Origin: an uncultured Nitrospinota bacterium
Lineage (GTDB): Bacteria; Tectomicrobia; Entotheonellia; J063; CAVPRW01
Assembly (NCBI GenBank): GCA_963707985.1
Contig: CAVPRW010000017.1
Span: 32,001 to 96,000 of the forward strand
DNA length: 64,000 bases
Direction: 5' to 3'
In this document: positions 11,189 through 23,321 of the stretch, piece after piece
Layout of the letters: every line of letters starts with the position of its first letter
Numbering within the stretch: position 1 is the first letter of the stretch
Notes under the pieces: model-generated
Told to the model about the DNA's origin: nothing
Seen by the model: only the letters and a program-made list of their open reading frames with translations
The model's database searches: none
Translations under genes and position numbers: made by a program

Positions 11189-14100
11189 CTACCTGTCAAT
11201 ACGTCGAAACAGCAGAGCAGGCCATAAACACACACCCGTGGCGCCATCGACCAGGTATGGGGTTCCTTCCGCAGTGGCCACGGCGATGACCCCACCGTAG
11301 ACTGTCAGGCCAGAGGGGGCCCGATGCACCAGGAGCAGGGATTGCGCCGCGTTGCCGACATCTTTTTGCAGGCTTTCGATGTCAGCTTGAACGCGGTCGA
11401 GTTCCGCTAAATGCGCGGTGAGAAAGGAGTCAAATATATAGGTACGCCCAGCCTGGGTCGTGCCATCAACATCCTGCCGAGGCGAGCTGATCAGCACCCG
11501 GTCTCTATGAAGTGCTACCCCACTACTAAACGAAGCGTGGGTCTGAGAAGTGTCGGGGGCGAGGGGGTGGGTTGGCACCCACGTCCCGTTGAGGTGCTGA
11601 AAAACATATGCGCTCCCAACCCGGTCGGTGGTCTGGGGAGTCAATTGCTGTGCACCGACAATGGCCCATCGTTCACTGAGGCCAACGGCCCGGCCGAAAT
11701 GGGCATGAGCTTGGATCGTGGTGGGAGCGAGCGGCGGCAATCTCTCCTCCCAATCCTCGCCGTTGAACCGGAACACATAGACGCGGCCCGCATGCTCGGC
11801 ACCCTCGACGTCTTCACGGTCCGCTCCAATAAGTGCCCAACCATCATGCAGAGCTACCGCACTGCCAAAATAGGCTCTCGCCTGTTTGTCGCTGGCAACA
11901 AGGGGCGGTTCTTTTCCCTCCCAGCCCTTGCTGGTGAGCTGGAACACATAGGCACTACCCGCCTCTGTCAGCGCATCGAGACCTGCCCCATATGCCCCAA
12001 CCAAGGCCCAGCCACCACTCAGGGCTACGGCACTGCCAAACCCGGCATTTTCCTGCCTATCGCTGGCCTCGATTGCACCCCGGTCAGCCCAGGTATCGTT
12101 GACGAGCTCAAACAGATATGCCTTCCCTGCACCCGCGACACCACCAGCATTGGCCGTATCCGCTCCCACGATGGCCCATTTCTCATCCAGGGCCACGGCC
12201 ACGCCGAAATGGGCGTTTGCCTGGTTGTCGCTGGCCATGAGGGGCTCATCGTAGACCCACTTATCGTCTTTCAAGTGGAAGACCTCGACATTTCCGGCAT
12301 AATCGAAGCCAGGCAGACTGGCCTCGTAGGCCCCGACCATCGCCCACTGCCCACTGATAGCCACGGCTACGCCGAAATGGGCATTTACCTGCTTGTCCCT
12401 GGCCATGAGGGTCTGATGGTAGACCCACTTATCGTCTTTCAGGCGGAAGACCTCAGCGCTGCCCGCATGCGCAACCCCATCTGGACTGGCCTCGTGTGCC
12501 CCGACGATGGCCCAGTCGCTACTAATGGCCACTGCACTGCCGAAATACGCGTCCTTTTCCGTGGTGCTGGCGGCGAGCGGCGGGTCTTGTGGGACAAAAC
12601 CATGGATGATGGACCCTTGCAGTGCCACTTCGCGTTGCGCGTTGCGCTGGAGGTCGCTGATCACCGCAACGTTTGCCGTTACGGCTGGCAGGGCAAGCGT
12701 ATCCGGCACCTGCCCGAGTTTACCGTATGGGGAGACGGCAAAATCCACCAGAGCGATGGACGGCAGATCGGTTGGCTGTCCATCGGTGTGGGCACCAACC
12801 GTCGCCACGGCAAGCAGGACGCGGGCGATGTCTGGTGTGGCGTCGGTCTGCGACCCTCTCTGCGGGGTATAGAGCAGGGCTGACAGCCCGGAGGCAATGG
12901 TGTGTCCGGCGAGGGCAAAGCTGCTACGGTTCAGGCTCGGGTGGTCCCGTACCGGTGCCGATGAGGTGACCCACATGGCATTGTTGGTGTTGCCGTAGAG
13001 CGTCCCATGATGGGCGTTGGTCAGCTGGTTACGTGTCGTGTTCCCCGCCCCTTCGTCAAATCGCCAGTAGGCCACCAGGCCCGGTTCGTCTCCCACCAGG
13101 CGGTGCGACCAGTCATGTTGGATGTCATCGGGGCTGCGGGCACACCTCCAGACGCGCACTTCATCAATGTCCCCTCTCCAGCCGTCGCCCCATGGGACCT
13201 TACCAATCACAAACTGCCCTGTACCCTGGTACGGGGCCTTCGCCGTGTTGTTTTTGGGGTTGAGCTGTTCACCATCGCAGTACATCACTCGCTCCATCGC
13301 GGCGTGTGTGTAGACACAAGCCCAATGATGCCAGTTCGTATCCCGGAAGCGACGCTGGGTACTCACTTCATCATCCCCAAAGGCGAAGGTGAATTGATTG
13401 TTGGCGCGAAATCCGATATGCAGCACGTGCTGGCGCTCTTTGCTGTCGCCGTACCCAATAGCAAACTGCGGGCCGGTGTCTGGCTTGGTGCGTTTGGCCC
13501 ACAGTTCAATCGTAAAGTCGGTCCCACGCAGATCGATCCCGGCCCCACAATCGACGTACGTGTCATCGCTAGCAAACTGGATAGCGGATTCCGCCTCCAG
13601 ATAGGTTGGCCGCTTTTCAACAGGTGCAGAGGGGGCCCATTTGCGCTCCATAGATAGTGCCATGATTGCCGTTGGCAGTCCGGTCGTGGGCGATAGTACC
13701 CGCGCCTTCGTCAAAGCGCCAGTAGCCCACCAGTCCGGGTTCGTTGCCCTCAAGTTGATGGTGCATATCGCCTTTAATCTCGTCAGCGCTGCGAGCACGG
13801 TTCCAGACACGCACCTCGTCGATTTGGCCAGGGAAATAAAAGCTGCGACCGGATTGCCTGCCGATTTGCACCGGGAGGTTCCCCGCTCTGGCCGTGGCAA
13901 ACTGCGCACCGACTTCTCTATCTAGGACGCCGTTGATATACCAGGAAAGTTTGCCTTCCGGCGCCTCCAGATTCCGTACTATCGCCACATGGGACCACTG
14001 CTTCACCTGGAGTGACTTCGTTGAATCAATGAACTGGTAGGAGCCGCTAGAGCCAAGAAGATCGCTCGGATTTTGCCCATAGCCATAACGCAGTCGACCA

Positions 14101-16037
14101 TCCCCATTAATTAGCGCAGATCCTTCGCCCGAAAACACTTTGCAATATAAACCACCTTCCCTGACTGGAAATCGGGCCGGCTTGACCCACATTTCGATGG
14201 TCTGGCTTCCAGTGATTTGCAAGGCAGCCGAGTGACGCAGATCGATGTAATCTCCCACCCCATCGAACTGGAGTGAATATTGCCTCTCAGGGGTTTCCAA
14301 GGGGGCGTCGGAGTCCACCCAGGTGCCACCGTGAATCGTACCGGAATGGCCATTGGCTCCGGTCTGGTCGCAGACGGTGTTGCCCTGGCCTTCGTCAAAG
14401 CACCAATAGCCTGCCAGGCCGTCCTCGTTGCCCCGCAAGCGTTGGGACATCGTGCTTTGAATTTCGTCATGGCTGCGCGCGCGGTTCCAAATGCGCACCT
14501 CATCAATTTCCACTTTCCCTCGTGCGCCCGTAGACGCGGGATCGTAGCCAATCTCGAGCCTCCACGACTGTAATGTGGCGTTCACCTCACCGCAAGTGTT
14601 CTTATGCTGGAGTCGCCAGTTACCCTGCGTAGCCTGACCGACAAAGGCCGATAGTCTATACAAGGTCGATGCGGAGAATCGACTCCCACTTCGACTCAGG
14701 TTGGCTTGCTGACCTGATGGGGAAATCAGGGTGATCTGCTGATGCTCGAGATCGCGGTGAGCGGTGTCAGCGCTGACCCGGATGGTTCGAACTGTGCCCG
14801 CTTGGGCAATCGCTATCGCGCTTACCCCGGTTTGGCCACCAGGCGGAACGGATAGGCCCAAGCCTGTGGCCCGAATCATCCTATCTTCTCCGAGGAGCAG
14901 GTGCAGTCCGGTGCTGAAGTTGTTTCCAACCGTTGCGATGCCGACGGAAATTCCATCGACATCCAGCGTTGCTGTCGAGCCGTCCTTGACGGCAGCGACG
15001 TGGTGCCAGGCCCCGTCATTACAAGGTTCGGGCGATGTAATACCGGCATCGTTCCCTCCCTGACGGGGGACATAGCGCAGCCTGCCATCTTCCCCAAAGC
15101 CGATCAGCATCCCCTGTGCCGTATAGCCAAGGCTTGTAGCAGTTAGGAGATCTGCCTGTCCTAACGTCGTCGACTTCACCCACATTTCAACAGTGTAATT
15201 ATCGCGGGCAAAGTCAATCGTGCCAAAATCTACGCGATCATTACCCATCTCAAGTTGGAGCGCCGATCCGGCGATTCGCTGGCCACCCGTCGGGGTGCTG
15301 GCTTCACGGTGGTTCGTCGCGCCGGCCGTTTGCACTTCAGCATCACCAGCAGCTGTGCCGGGGCTGGTATCCTCCGGCGGGACCCGTGTGTCAAACCGCC
15401 CGTCTGCTGACCGTTTAACATTAAACGCAGTGATGTAATGGGTTTGACCATTATAGGCAAAAATCTGCCACCGCCTGGTGGTCGCATCCGCCGTGGGCAA
15501 CAGCAAGGCAGCGAAGCGGCCGGCGTGCAGATGCCGGATAAAGTCGAGCACGCAGGTGGGTTCCGGGGAGCCGTCGCTGGTCTTGAGTTGCAACCTGATG
15601 CCCGCCACTTCATACCGGTCCAGCAGCAACGTGTTGCCGACCATGTCGGCGTGGCCGCCCGCCTGCGATTGGCGGAAGAGAAAAATGTCGTTGTCGTCTG
15701 AAAGCGCCTGGAAGGCCGCGTCCGCTGTGAACCGTGCCGTGCTGGAGAGGATGGGGTTGTCTATGACAACGGGCAGCTGGGTCACCCCCCCCGCTCCATC
15801 ACGCACACGTACAAAGGCCGTGGGGAAGTTCAGAGGGTCCATTTGCTGGAGATGGGCGTGGACTGCCAGCAGTTCGTGGGCGTCGCTGTCCCCTTGCAGG
15901 TTGAGCACGGTGTATTTGATCAACCCGGCATCGTCCATGCCTAAGACGATGACCCGCCCCTGGTGGCGGACCATCGTGGTATGACGGTACTTGCGCTGGT
16001 CGAGGTAACTGAGGATTATATGCTGGGTGACGTGCAT
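11189..16037 (-). CDS. Large protein with three LamG-like jellyroll domains, an inserted proprotein-convertase P-like domain and an FG-GAP propeller (one frameshift near 13630; C-terminus probably truncated)
   Basis: Three copies of IDEVR(I/V)W..L.G.E.GL..YW.FDEG.G; ITLISPSG..GNWRL..LQSWRLEI; repeated FG(S/V/R)AVA..WA(I/L)VGA. Confidence 0.85.
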
Positions 16038-16050
16038 CGTCCATCCCCCC

Positions 16051-17017
16051 TCACCATTCGGGTAGCCCGTACCGACTGCCCCGTCTTTGCACCTGTCCAG
16101 CGGCTTCCAGCGTGCGCAGACTGTCTCGTACCGCCGCGAGGGGCTCACCGGTTTCGTCCCGCAACTCACTTGCGCTGAGATAGCGCTGTACCCTCCTCAG
16201 CACGGCGAGGAGGGTGTTTCCGACGGCGGGGAGACGCGCACTCCATCCCGGCAACCCGTACCGGTCACCCCGTCGTTGGACAGCCACCGAGGCTCCCAAC
16301 GCATTGAGGACTTCATCGAGCTGGGATAATTCCTGTACGCTGAGTCCCCCGGCCAATTGGTCGCGTGTTTGAAAGTCTCCTTGATCCTGGAGGGCTTGGA
16401 AAATCTTCGCTGTGAGATTGTGCAGGAGCTTCCACCTGCCGGCGCGTTCCATATCGGCCCTCCCAACGGCTGACCTGTCCCTGTTGTTCTAGGACCTCGA
16501 GCGCCGTTTGCACGGCCGCAATCTCCGTCCCTAGAGTTTGCGCCAGCGCGGCAGCAGTTCCCAACCCCTCGTCACGTAGGGTGGTGAGGATCTGCTCACG
16601 AATTCCTGGTGGGCGGGGCGGCCTCGTCCGGCACAGAGTGTCACGAATTTGTTTGAGGACTTTAATCTGCTGCTCTTCAAAATCGAATGCTTCACGCGGC
16701 CAGCGGCCCAACACCTTGTAGTACACCCGCAGGTATTTCTTGTCTTCCTCAGGGAACCCAATCAACGTACTACCCTGGCGATACTGTGGGTCATGCGGCG
16801 GATAATGCTTCCAATTCTCAGGAACTATCGTGTGGCGTTTTTCGCCAAGCTGCTGGATGAATGCCGCAATTTTCCACGCGGTAAAGCCCGCTTCATCGAT
16901 ATTGTCTGTCACAAGCTCTTCCTGCTCCTGGAACGTGTGCTCATAGTCACGCTTTAAAAAAATGATTTTGTACTGGACGAGCTTGAGCATGTCGTCACGC
17001 AAGATCTTATCAGACAT
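16051..17017 (-). CDS. Hypothetical protein: domain shared with 41020..41712 plus three winged-HTH-like repeats (frameshift near 16450)
   Basis: LRDDMLKLVQYKIIFLKRDYEH..AWKIA..DKKYLRVYY; three segments ending in V.R..(G/D/S)RYG. Confidence 0.65.
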
Positions 17018-17189
17018 TCCTTCACCTCCGCAGAGGAGCGTTGACGGCTCAAGTATATCCTCAGCGCAAGGCAAGGACGGCTTTCCGGCCTAGCTGATCT
17101 CGGTCTGACCCCTCGGTCAGCTGGCTGGCTCTCCTCGTCCCTGCGTTCTCCTGTTGGCATAGGCCGCCTCCCCAGCCTGGCTGGCCTTC

Positions 17190-17535
17190 GGCGGCGAAGG
17201 TGACGTTGCGGAAACGATGGCCATCGTTTTCCAGCAGGACGGCCGCTTCTAGGCGGTCGATGCTCGGATCGCCATTGCCAAGCAAGATGTCGAGGTAGCC
17301 ATCGTTGTTGAAATCGCCTACGGTACCGCTCATCGTGCCCCAGCACCCATCGACGCCGAGGTCGCGAGCGATGTCGGTGAAGGTCCCATCATGGTTATTA
17401 TGAAGAATCCGCAGCGGCGTGCCACCGCGCGGGCCATGGCCTGTGCGTAGCGTATGGATCATGTCCTGCGGCCGCGACCAGGTGAACTGCACGATGTCGA
17501 GCCAACCGTCGTCATCGATGTCGCAGCACACACAC
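17190..17535 (-). repeat. Near-identical copy of an internal part of the CRTAC1-like gene (about 20039..20384)
   Basis: Direct sequence match at offset about 2849 bp, encoding CVCCDIDDDGWLD..NVTFAA. Confidence 0.9.
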
Positions 17536-17664
17536 TCTGCACCAACCATGGGGACGTCAATGCAGGCGGCGAGGCTCACCTCGGTTATTCAGTTCTCGTT
17601 TCTCCCACCCTATGTCTAGGTGGGAGGGGGAAATGCCACTGGAAACTGCATGACCTGGGCCACC

Positions 17665-18531
17665 CTATAATTTCTCCTCAATGGAGGCGATGAGTCGTTC
17701 CAGCTTCTCTTCGACGCGCTCCATCCTCTCCGTCAGCGTGAGTGGTTTCTTCACATTGAACTCGAACGTTTCCAGATTGTCGTTCCTCCCCCACACGGTA
17801 TGTTGGACGAAGTGCCGATCCCACCAGCCTAGATCTCGGACGCCCTGTTGGATACGGTCGATGGTCTCCTTGCTATCGACCGTCCAGGTCGCGAACGAGG
17901 GATAAGCCTGATTGCCGAGCAGGTGCTTTGACCTGTTTACAGCTGACCCCAGCAATTGCGCTGAGTCCCCGTACACGGTGGGGTCGATACTGCTCAAAAG
18001 CGATCGACGTTCGTCCTCCGAAAGTCTCCACCAACTGTCTTTGGCATACCATAACTCTATATACAGAAAAGGCAGAGCCCTTGCATCCTCCTTCGAGACC
18101 GGCTCCGATCCACTTGACGATTGTTTCTCAATAGCGGCGGTGAGTCGTTCCAGCTTCTCTTCGACGCGCTCCATCCTCTCCGTCAGCGTGGGTGGTTTCT
18201 TCACATTGAACTCGAACGTTTCCAGATTGTCGTTCCTCCCCCACACGGTATGCTGGACGAAGTGCCGATCCCACCAGCCTAGATCTCGGACGCCCTGTTG
18301 GATACGGTCGATGGTCTCCTTGCTATCGACCGTCCAGGTCGCGAACGAGGGATAAGCCTGATTGCCGAGCGGGTGCTTTGACCTGTTTACAGCTGACCCC
18401 AGCAATTGCGCTGAGTCCCCGTACACGGTGGGGTCGATACTGCTCAAAAGCGATCGACGTTCGTCCTCCGAAAGTCTCCACCAACTGTCTTTGGCATACC
18501 ATAACTCTATATACAGAAAAGGCAGAGCCAT
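17665..18531 (-). CDS. Tandem two-domain protein with a 450-bp internal repeat; DUF6616-like dimeric alpha/beta barrel plus short coiled coil
   Basis: Two nearly identical units FLYIELWYAKDSWWRLSEDERR..GWWDRHF..ERMERVEEKLERL. Confidence 0.7.
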   Translation of the reverse strand: MALPFLYIELWYAKDSWWRLSEDERRSLLSSIDPTVYGDSAQLLGSAVNRSKHPLGNQAYPSFATWTVDSKETIDRIQQGVRDLGWWDRHFVQHTVWGRNDNLETFEFNVKKPPTLTERMERVEEKLERLTAAIEKQSSSGSEPVSKEDARALPFLYIELWYAKDSWWRLSEDERRSLLSSIDPTVYGDSAQLLGSAVNRSKHLLGNQAYPSFATWTVDSKETIDRIQQGVRDLGWWDRHFVQHTVWGRNDNLETFEFNVKKPLTLTERMERVEEKLERLIASIEEKL

Positions 18532-18693
18532 TGCATCCTCCTTCGAAGTGTTAGGGGCTCATACGAACGCTCATCCAAGATCAGGCGATCAACGTCACAC
18601 CCAGCCACGATATCTCGCAAGACCGCCCTCCTCTCTCTGCACCTCTCACACAAATACGTCATAGGCCCGGCCGACATAGGCGACTCAGGCTGT

Positions 18694-19185
18694 CTAGGGA
18701 AACTGCGGGCTGGCCAACACTCTGGTGATTTGAGCCTGGTGTGCTTGTTCATGCAACCACAGGGTTTCGCAGAGTTCAGCCTGCGTCTTTTCTTGGCATG
18801 GCAGGGTGATATCCGGCGCCAACGCCCGCACAGGAACGTTCCGCACGATATACTCACGCATGCTCCCCTGCATAAACATACTGAAGACGTTGGGGGGCAC
18901 TTCGAGCCATGGCAGAGCGCATTCCGGGATAAAGGTGGGCCGCGCATCGAACTCAGCGAACGAGCGATAGAGATATGGTGTCTGGCCGCTCCTGGTTTGT
19001 CCGATCAAGATCGCTATTTCCCCTCGCAGAACCTGCTCGGACAAGATGGGGTGATCCACCACTTCACCGATGGACCATTCACTCGGTTCAGGTATGTAGT
19101 CCAGTTGTTTCTGCGACAGGTCCTGCATCATGACTGAAGTACGCGTTCGTACCGCGCGTAACTGGGATAGCTGCTCTTGCCCCAT
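18694..19185 (-). pseudogene. DinB family copy with internal deletion
   Basis: WSIGEVVDHPILSE, WLHEQAHQAQI; shorter than its paralogues. Confidence 0.7.
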
Positions 19186-19193
19186 ACCCTAGT

Positions 19194-19542
19194 CTCTCCT
19201 GAGAGAAGGATAACCGCGCGATGGCCGGCTTCTTCTTCGGTGACAAACTTGAGCGTCCTCACGAAGCAATTGCTGAAGTGGTCATGAGCATGATCGAACT
19301 GCAGCGCACCGACCATACCGTTGCCGTCGCGCCTGTGGCAGTACTGGAATCCCCCGTGCGAATAGAGCCGGGCCATTGAGGTAGTACGTCCCTTGGACGC
19401 AATTCGGGATCTCGCCTATGATCTCCTTTATGGGGTAAGGTAACTCACGCAGATTGATTGAGAAAAGCAGTTCTAGCAACGGGGCATGGTCATCGCTTGG
19501 CCGTCCCTCGCGTAGTACCTTCATAGTGTGTAACCTCCTCAT
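19194..19542 (-). pseudogene. 5' fragment of a carotenoid oxygenase paralogue
   Basis: DDHAPLLELLFS..GTYYLNGPA..DGNGMVGALQF..FVRTLKFVTEE matches the N-terminus of 9371..10821. Confidence 0.8.
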
Positions 19543-19573
19543 GTTCGCGTACCACTAGTTCTTCTTGCTTGTC

Positions 19574-21941
19574 CTATGCTCTGTTCTCCTGTCTTCCTCT
19601 GACGCGGGGATAAATAACTTCCCATCCTGCTTGCGTCTCGACAATACGAAGCGATTGGTTGATGGGAGGCTGATCGATCTGCTGCACGTGGCCACTGGGC
19701 CAGCGAATCTCCAGAGAATCGATCTGTGTGAGCGTGCCCACACCAAAGTGTTGCTCATAAGGGAGACATCCAAAATTACTTCCGCCCGAGACCAGACGAT
19801 GTTGCTCGCGGCCGCCGGCCCGCAGCTTGAGCCGGGCCCCGATGGCATCGCGGTTACTGCGCGTACCCACTAGCCGCACGTTGAGGTAGTTGCCCGGCAA
19901 CTGCTTGGGCCGAAAGACCGTGGTGGTGAGCAAATCGCCAGGATACAAGCCACCAGCCGCGACAAATAGATGCAACCGGCCATCGCCCGCCAGATCGGCC
20001 ATGTTGGCACCATGGCCCTTGCCAATGAACGGCATGCCGGCGGCGAAGGTGACGTTGTGGAAACGATGGCCATCGTTTTCCAGCAGGACGGCCGCTTCTA
20101 GGCGGTCGATGCTCGGATCGCCATTGCCAAGCAAGATGTCGAGGTAGCCATCGTTGTTGAAATCGCCTACGGTACCGCTCATCGTGCCCCAGCACCCATC
20201 GACGCCGAGGTCGCGAGCGATGTCGGTGAAGGTCCCATCATGGTTATTATGAAAGATCCGCAGCGGCGTGCCACCGCGCGGGCCATGGCCTGTGCGTAGC
20301 GTATGGATCATGTCCTGCGGCCGCGACCAGGTGAACTGCACGATGTCGAGCCAACCGTCGTCGTCGATGTCGCAGCACACACAGACCGAGGTGATTGCGG
20401 GTAGATCGATGCCAGCTTCGCGGCTCACATCGGTAAACGTCCCGTTGCCGTTGTTGCGGAAAAGTTGTGGCCGTCCCGCATTGCTGATGAACAGATCGGG
20501 CACGCCGTTGTTGGTGAAGTCACCCCACGCCGAACCGATGGTGGGCCAGAACGTCTTCAGGCCAGCCTCAGCAGTCACATCAGTGAAGGTTCCGTCGCCG
20601 TTGTTGTGGAACAGGCGGTTGGGCGTCTTGCGGTTGAACAGGCCACCCAGATTATTGACGACAAAGAGATCGAGATAGCCATCCCCGTCGTAGTCAACCC
20701 AGCTTGCCGTAAAGGCTGGCCCCCACATGCCCAGTCCAGCCTCCTTGGTCACATCAGTGAAGGTGCCGTCGCCGTTGTTGCGCATCAACAGGCCTTGGCC
20801 ATCGAAGAAACCGAGGCCGGAGACGAAAAGGTCAGGCAATCCATTGTTGTCGTAATCGCCGACAGCCAAGCCGAAGCCGTAGACGCAGCGATCCAGCCCG
20901 GAGCCGGTTGACATATCAGTGAAAGTGCCATCGCCGTTGTTGCGATAAAACGAGCAACCCGCGTGGGCGCCCGCGATCACCACGTCCAGCGTGCCGTCGC
21001 CGTTGGAGTCGAAGATGGCGGTACCGCGTCCACCGCACGTTTTGTCGAGCCCAATCTCGGCCGCCACGTCTTCCAACTGCACCGTCGTCGGCTCGTATCC
21101 GGCGATGACTTCCATGCGCATGTCCTGGCGCACCGTGGCCGGGTAGCCGCCGGATTTTTGGGCCGACAGCCACAGCCAGTATTGCGCCCGCTCGTCCGCT
21201 GGGTCCTCCTCAAGACACGCCACACCATGACCGATGGCTCGCGAGTACTGGCCGAGGCGATAGTTGGACACCAAGCTCTCGTAATGAGCGCGTCGCTGTA
21301 CATCGGGATCTCGCGCAGCGATCTCAAGCTCGTGCAGAGCCTCCTGGAAGAGTCCACACTTCATCAACGTCCGACCGAACTGGAGGTGCGCCCAGGCATC
21401 ATTGGGATACTGCTGCAGGTACTTCTGATAACGCTCAATTTCCGCACCGTATTGCAAGGTGAAATAGACCGGGAGGTCGCTGAAGACTTCTATCGTAAAG
21501 TTCAAGAAATCGCCCCAAAGCTTAGGCTGGACTGTCGGTAGAGTGCCGACGGTGCGTAGGATCTCTTGAATGGTCAGGCTACCCATGGCTAGAGGCAGGG
21601 CGAAGGGCAGAGCCAACCAGTGCGGCGGACTGTAAAGACGGTCGCGCGGCAGGCTACGAAATACAGCCTCCAGAGCCTGCCAGCACTTGTCGGCTGTGTC
21701 CCGATTGCTGGCGAGGGCCAGCCGCATTAGCCGATTCGCCAGCTCGGAGGTGGCTTGCTCGATGTCCGCCGGTCCCTCCACGGGGGCTTCCCGCCACTTG
21801 GTCGTGGCCGCCTGCCCGGCGAACTGATCCACAACCAACTGTGCTTGCTGCAGCATCGCATCGCATGCTTGAGAGACCGGATTCCATCATCTGCAGTGGG
21901 AATCGCAAGGCGTCACGCCAGATAGAATCGTTCAGCGACAT
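19574..21941 (-). CDS. TPR + FG-GAP repeats + C-terminal ASPIC/UnbV domain protein (frameshift near 21860)
   Basis: TPR-like helices, many DYDNNG/NNGDGTFTD repeats, C-terminal NRDAIGARLKL..QHFGVG..IRWPSG. Confidence 0.9.
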
Positions 21942-21995
21942 CCGCTCTCTCTCCGTCGAACGTATCAGCTTCGCCCAGGATGATGGTTCATCAAG

Positions 21996-22544
21996 CTACG
22001 GCTTAGGCAACGTGTAATAGACTGACTTAACGGGGCAGCCAAAGCTCGGTGTGTCGGCACGAGGCGGCGCCTTGCCAGCAAGGCAGGCTTCGATAGCGGC
22101 ATTAAGATAGCCGACGTACTCGGGATCTTCTGGGTATTTGAAATTATCGATGGCCCCGCGGTAGATCAGCCGACGTTCCGGATCGAGAAGAAAAACCCGC
22201 GGCGTCTGTTGCACGAGCCACGCGTCAGCCACCGCTCGTTGGGCATCATGAACCATTGGGAACCTGAGATCGCGCTCGGCGATAGCGGCGCGCAGCATCT
22301 CGGCGCTTTCGTTTTGTCGTGAGGCAACGGCCAGCAGCCCTAGGCCGGGATATCTTTCGGGTAACCGATTCAGGTAGGTGTCGTAGCGCCGGCAATGCGA
22401 GCAGACGCTCGACCAAAACATCACGACCGCCGCTTTTCGCCCTGTCAGGAACGATTGCAGGGAGAGGCTCCTACCGTCCAAAAGCGACAGTGTAAAATCC
22501 GGCATGACGTCTCTAATCCGTTGTTGTACCTGAGCGTCTGTCAT
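21996..22544 (-). CDS. AhpC/TSA redoxin
   Basis: FWSSVCSHC, TPRVFLL, YRGAIDN, FGC; paralogue of 1803..2633. Confidence 0.88.
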   Translation of the reverse strand: MTDAQVQQRIRDVMPDFTLSLLDGRSLSLQSFLTGRKAAVVMFWSSVCSHCRRYDTYLNRLPERYPGLGLLAVASRQNESAEMLRAAIAERDLRFPMVHDAQRAVADAWLVQQTPRVFLLDPERRLIYRGAIDNFKYPEDPEYVGYLNAAIEACLAGKAPPRADTPSFGCPVKSVYYTLPKP

Positions 22545-22563
22545 TGATGTTCCAACCCTCAGC

Positions 22564-22760
22564 TCATGCGGCCTTGGGAAACTGGGGAATGGTTAGATCC
22601 CTGGCGATTTGATCTCGACACGCCTGTTCGTGCTGCCACAGTGTCCGCAGGAGCCTCGGTGGTATTACCTGTAGGTAACAAGCATCGGGATTCTTTGCAG
22701 TTCTGCTCTCTCGCCTCCTCGTAGCAAGCACCAATGAGCTCTTCGATACGGTGCTGTTGG
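22564..22760 (-). pseudogene. DinB C-terminal remnant
   Basis: LLRTLWQHEQACRDQIARDLTIPQFPKAA matches the DinB paralogue tails. Confidence 0.55.
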
Positions 22761-22779
22761 AAATTGAGCAGGCCAACTG

Positions 22780-23321
22780 TCAGTTCGAGGGAAGCACGCC
22801 TTCCTTTGCATAGTGTAGCAGCCTGTCATCGTCCGGTAGGTTACTGCGAGCACTTCCGAGCCGTTGCACCTCATCCTTACTCTTAGCGCCAAAAGACAAC
22901 TCGGCCTGTGCCACGCGTTGACCATCGACCGTCGCAATAGCTTTGACCACACCCGCCACGGAAATGGCTTTGATAATCGTGACTTCAATCTGGAGTTGAT
23001 CCCCAGGAAAGACCGGTTTCAGAAAACGTACTTTGGCGCCGCCGAAGAAGAAGAGGGTACTGGTGTCATCGAACGTTCTGCCTTCCTCCTCAGCACTCTT
23101 GCGAAACAGAATGATCGCAGTTTGGGCCATACTCTCAATAATGAGTGCCCCAGGCATGACTGCCATAGTCGGAAAGTGGCCTAAGAAGAAGATCTCATTG
23201 CCCGTAATATTTTTGATCGCGACAACGCTTTGCCCGTCTCAAGGGAGAGCACCCGGTCTACCATCAGAAAGGGAAATTTTTGTGGCACCAGCGCTTTGAT
23301 CTCTTCGAATGTGATCTGCAT
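22780..23321 (-). CDS. fabZ: 3-hydroxyacyl-ACP dehydratase (frameshift near 23245)
   Basis: [11 protein letters not shown] .. [29 protein letters not shown] .. [11 protein letters not shown]. Confidence 0.9.

Noticed and set aside
11411..12883. Long plus-strand ORFs (490 aa here, also 38399..39292 and others)
   Set aside because: Antisense shadows of clear minus-strand genes in GC-rich DNA; no motifs.
17600..17632. Hairpin CTCCCACC..GGTGGGAG as terminator
   Set aside because: No U tract on the coding (minus) strand; role unsupported.
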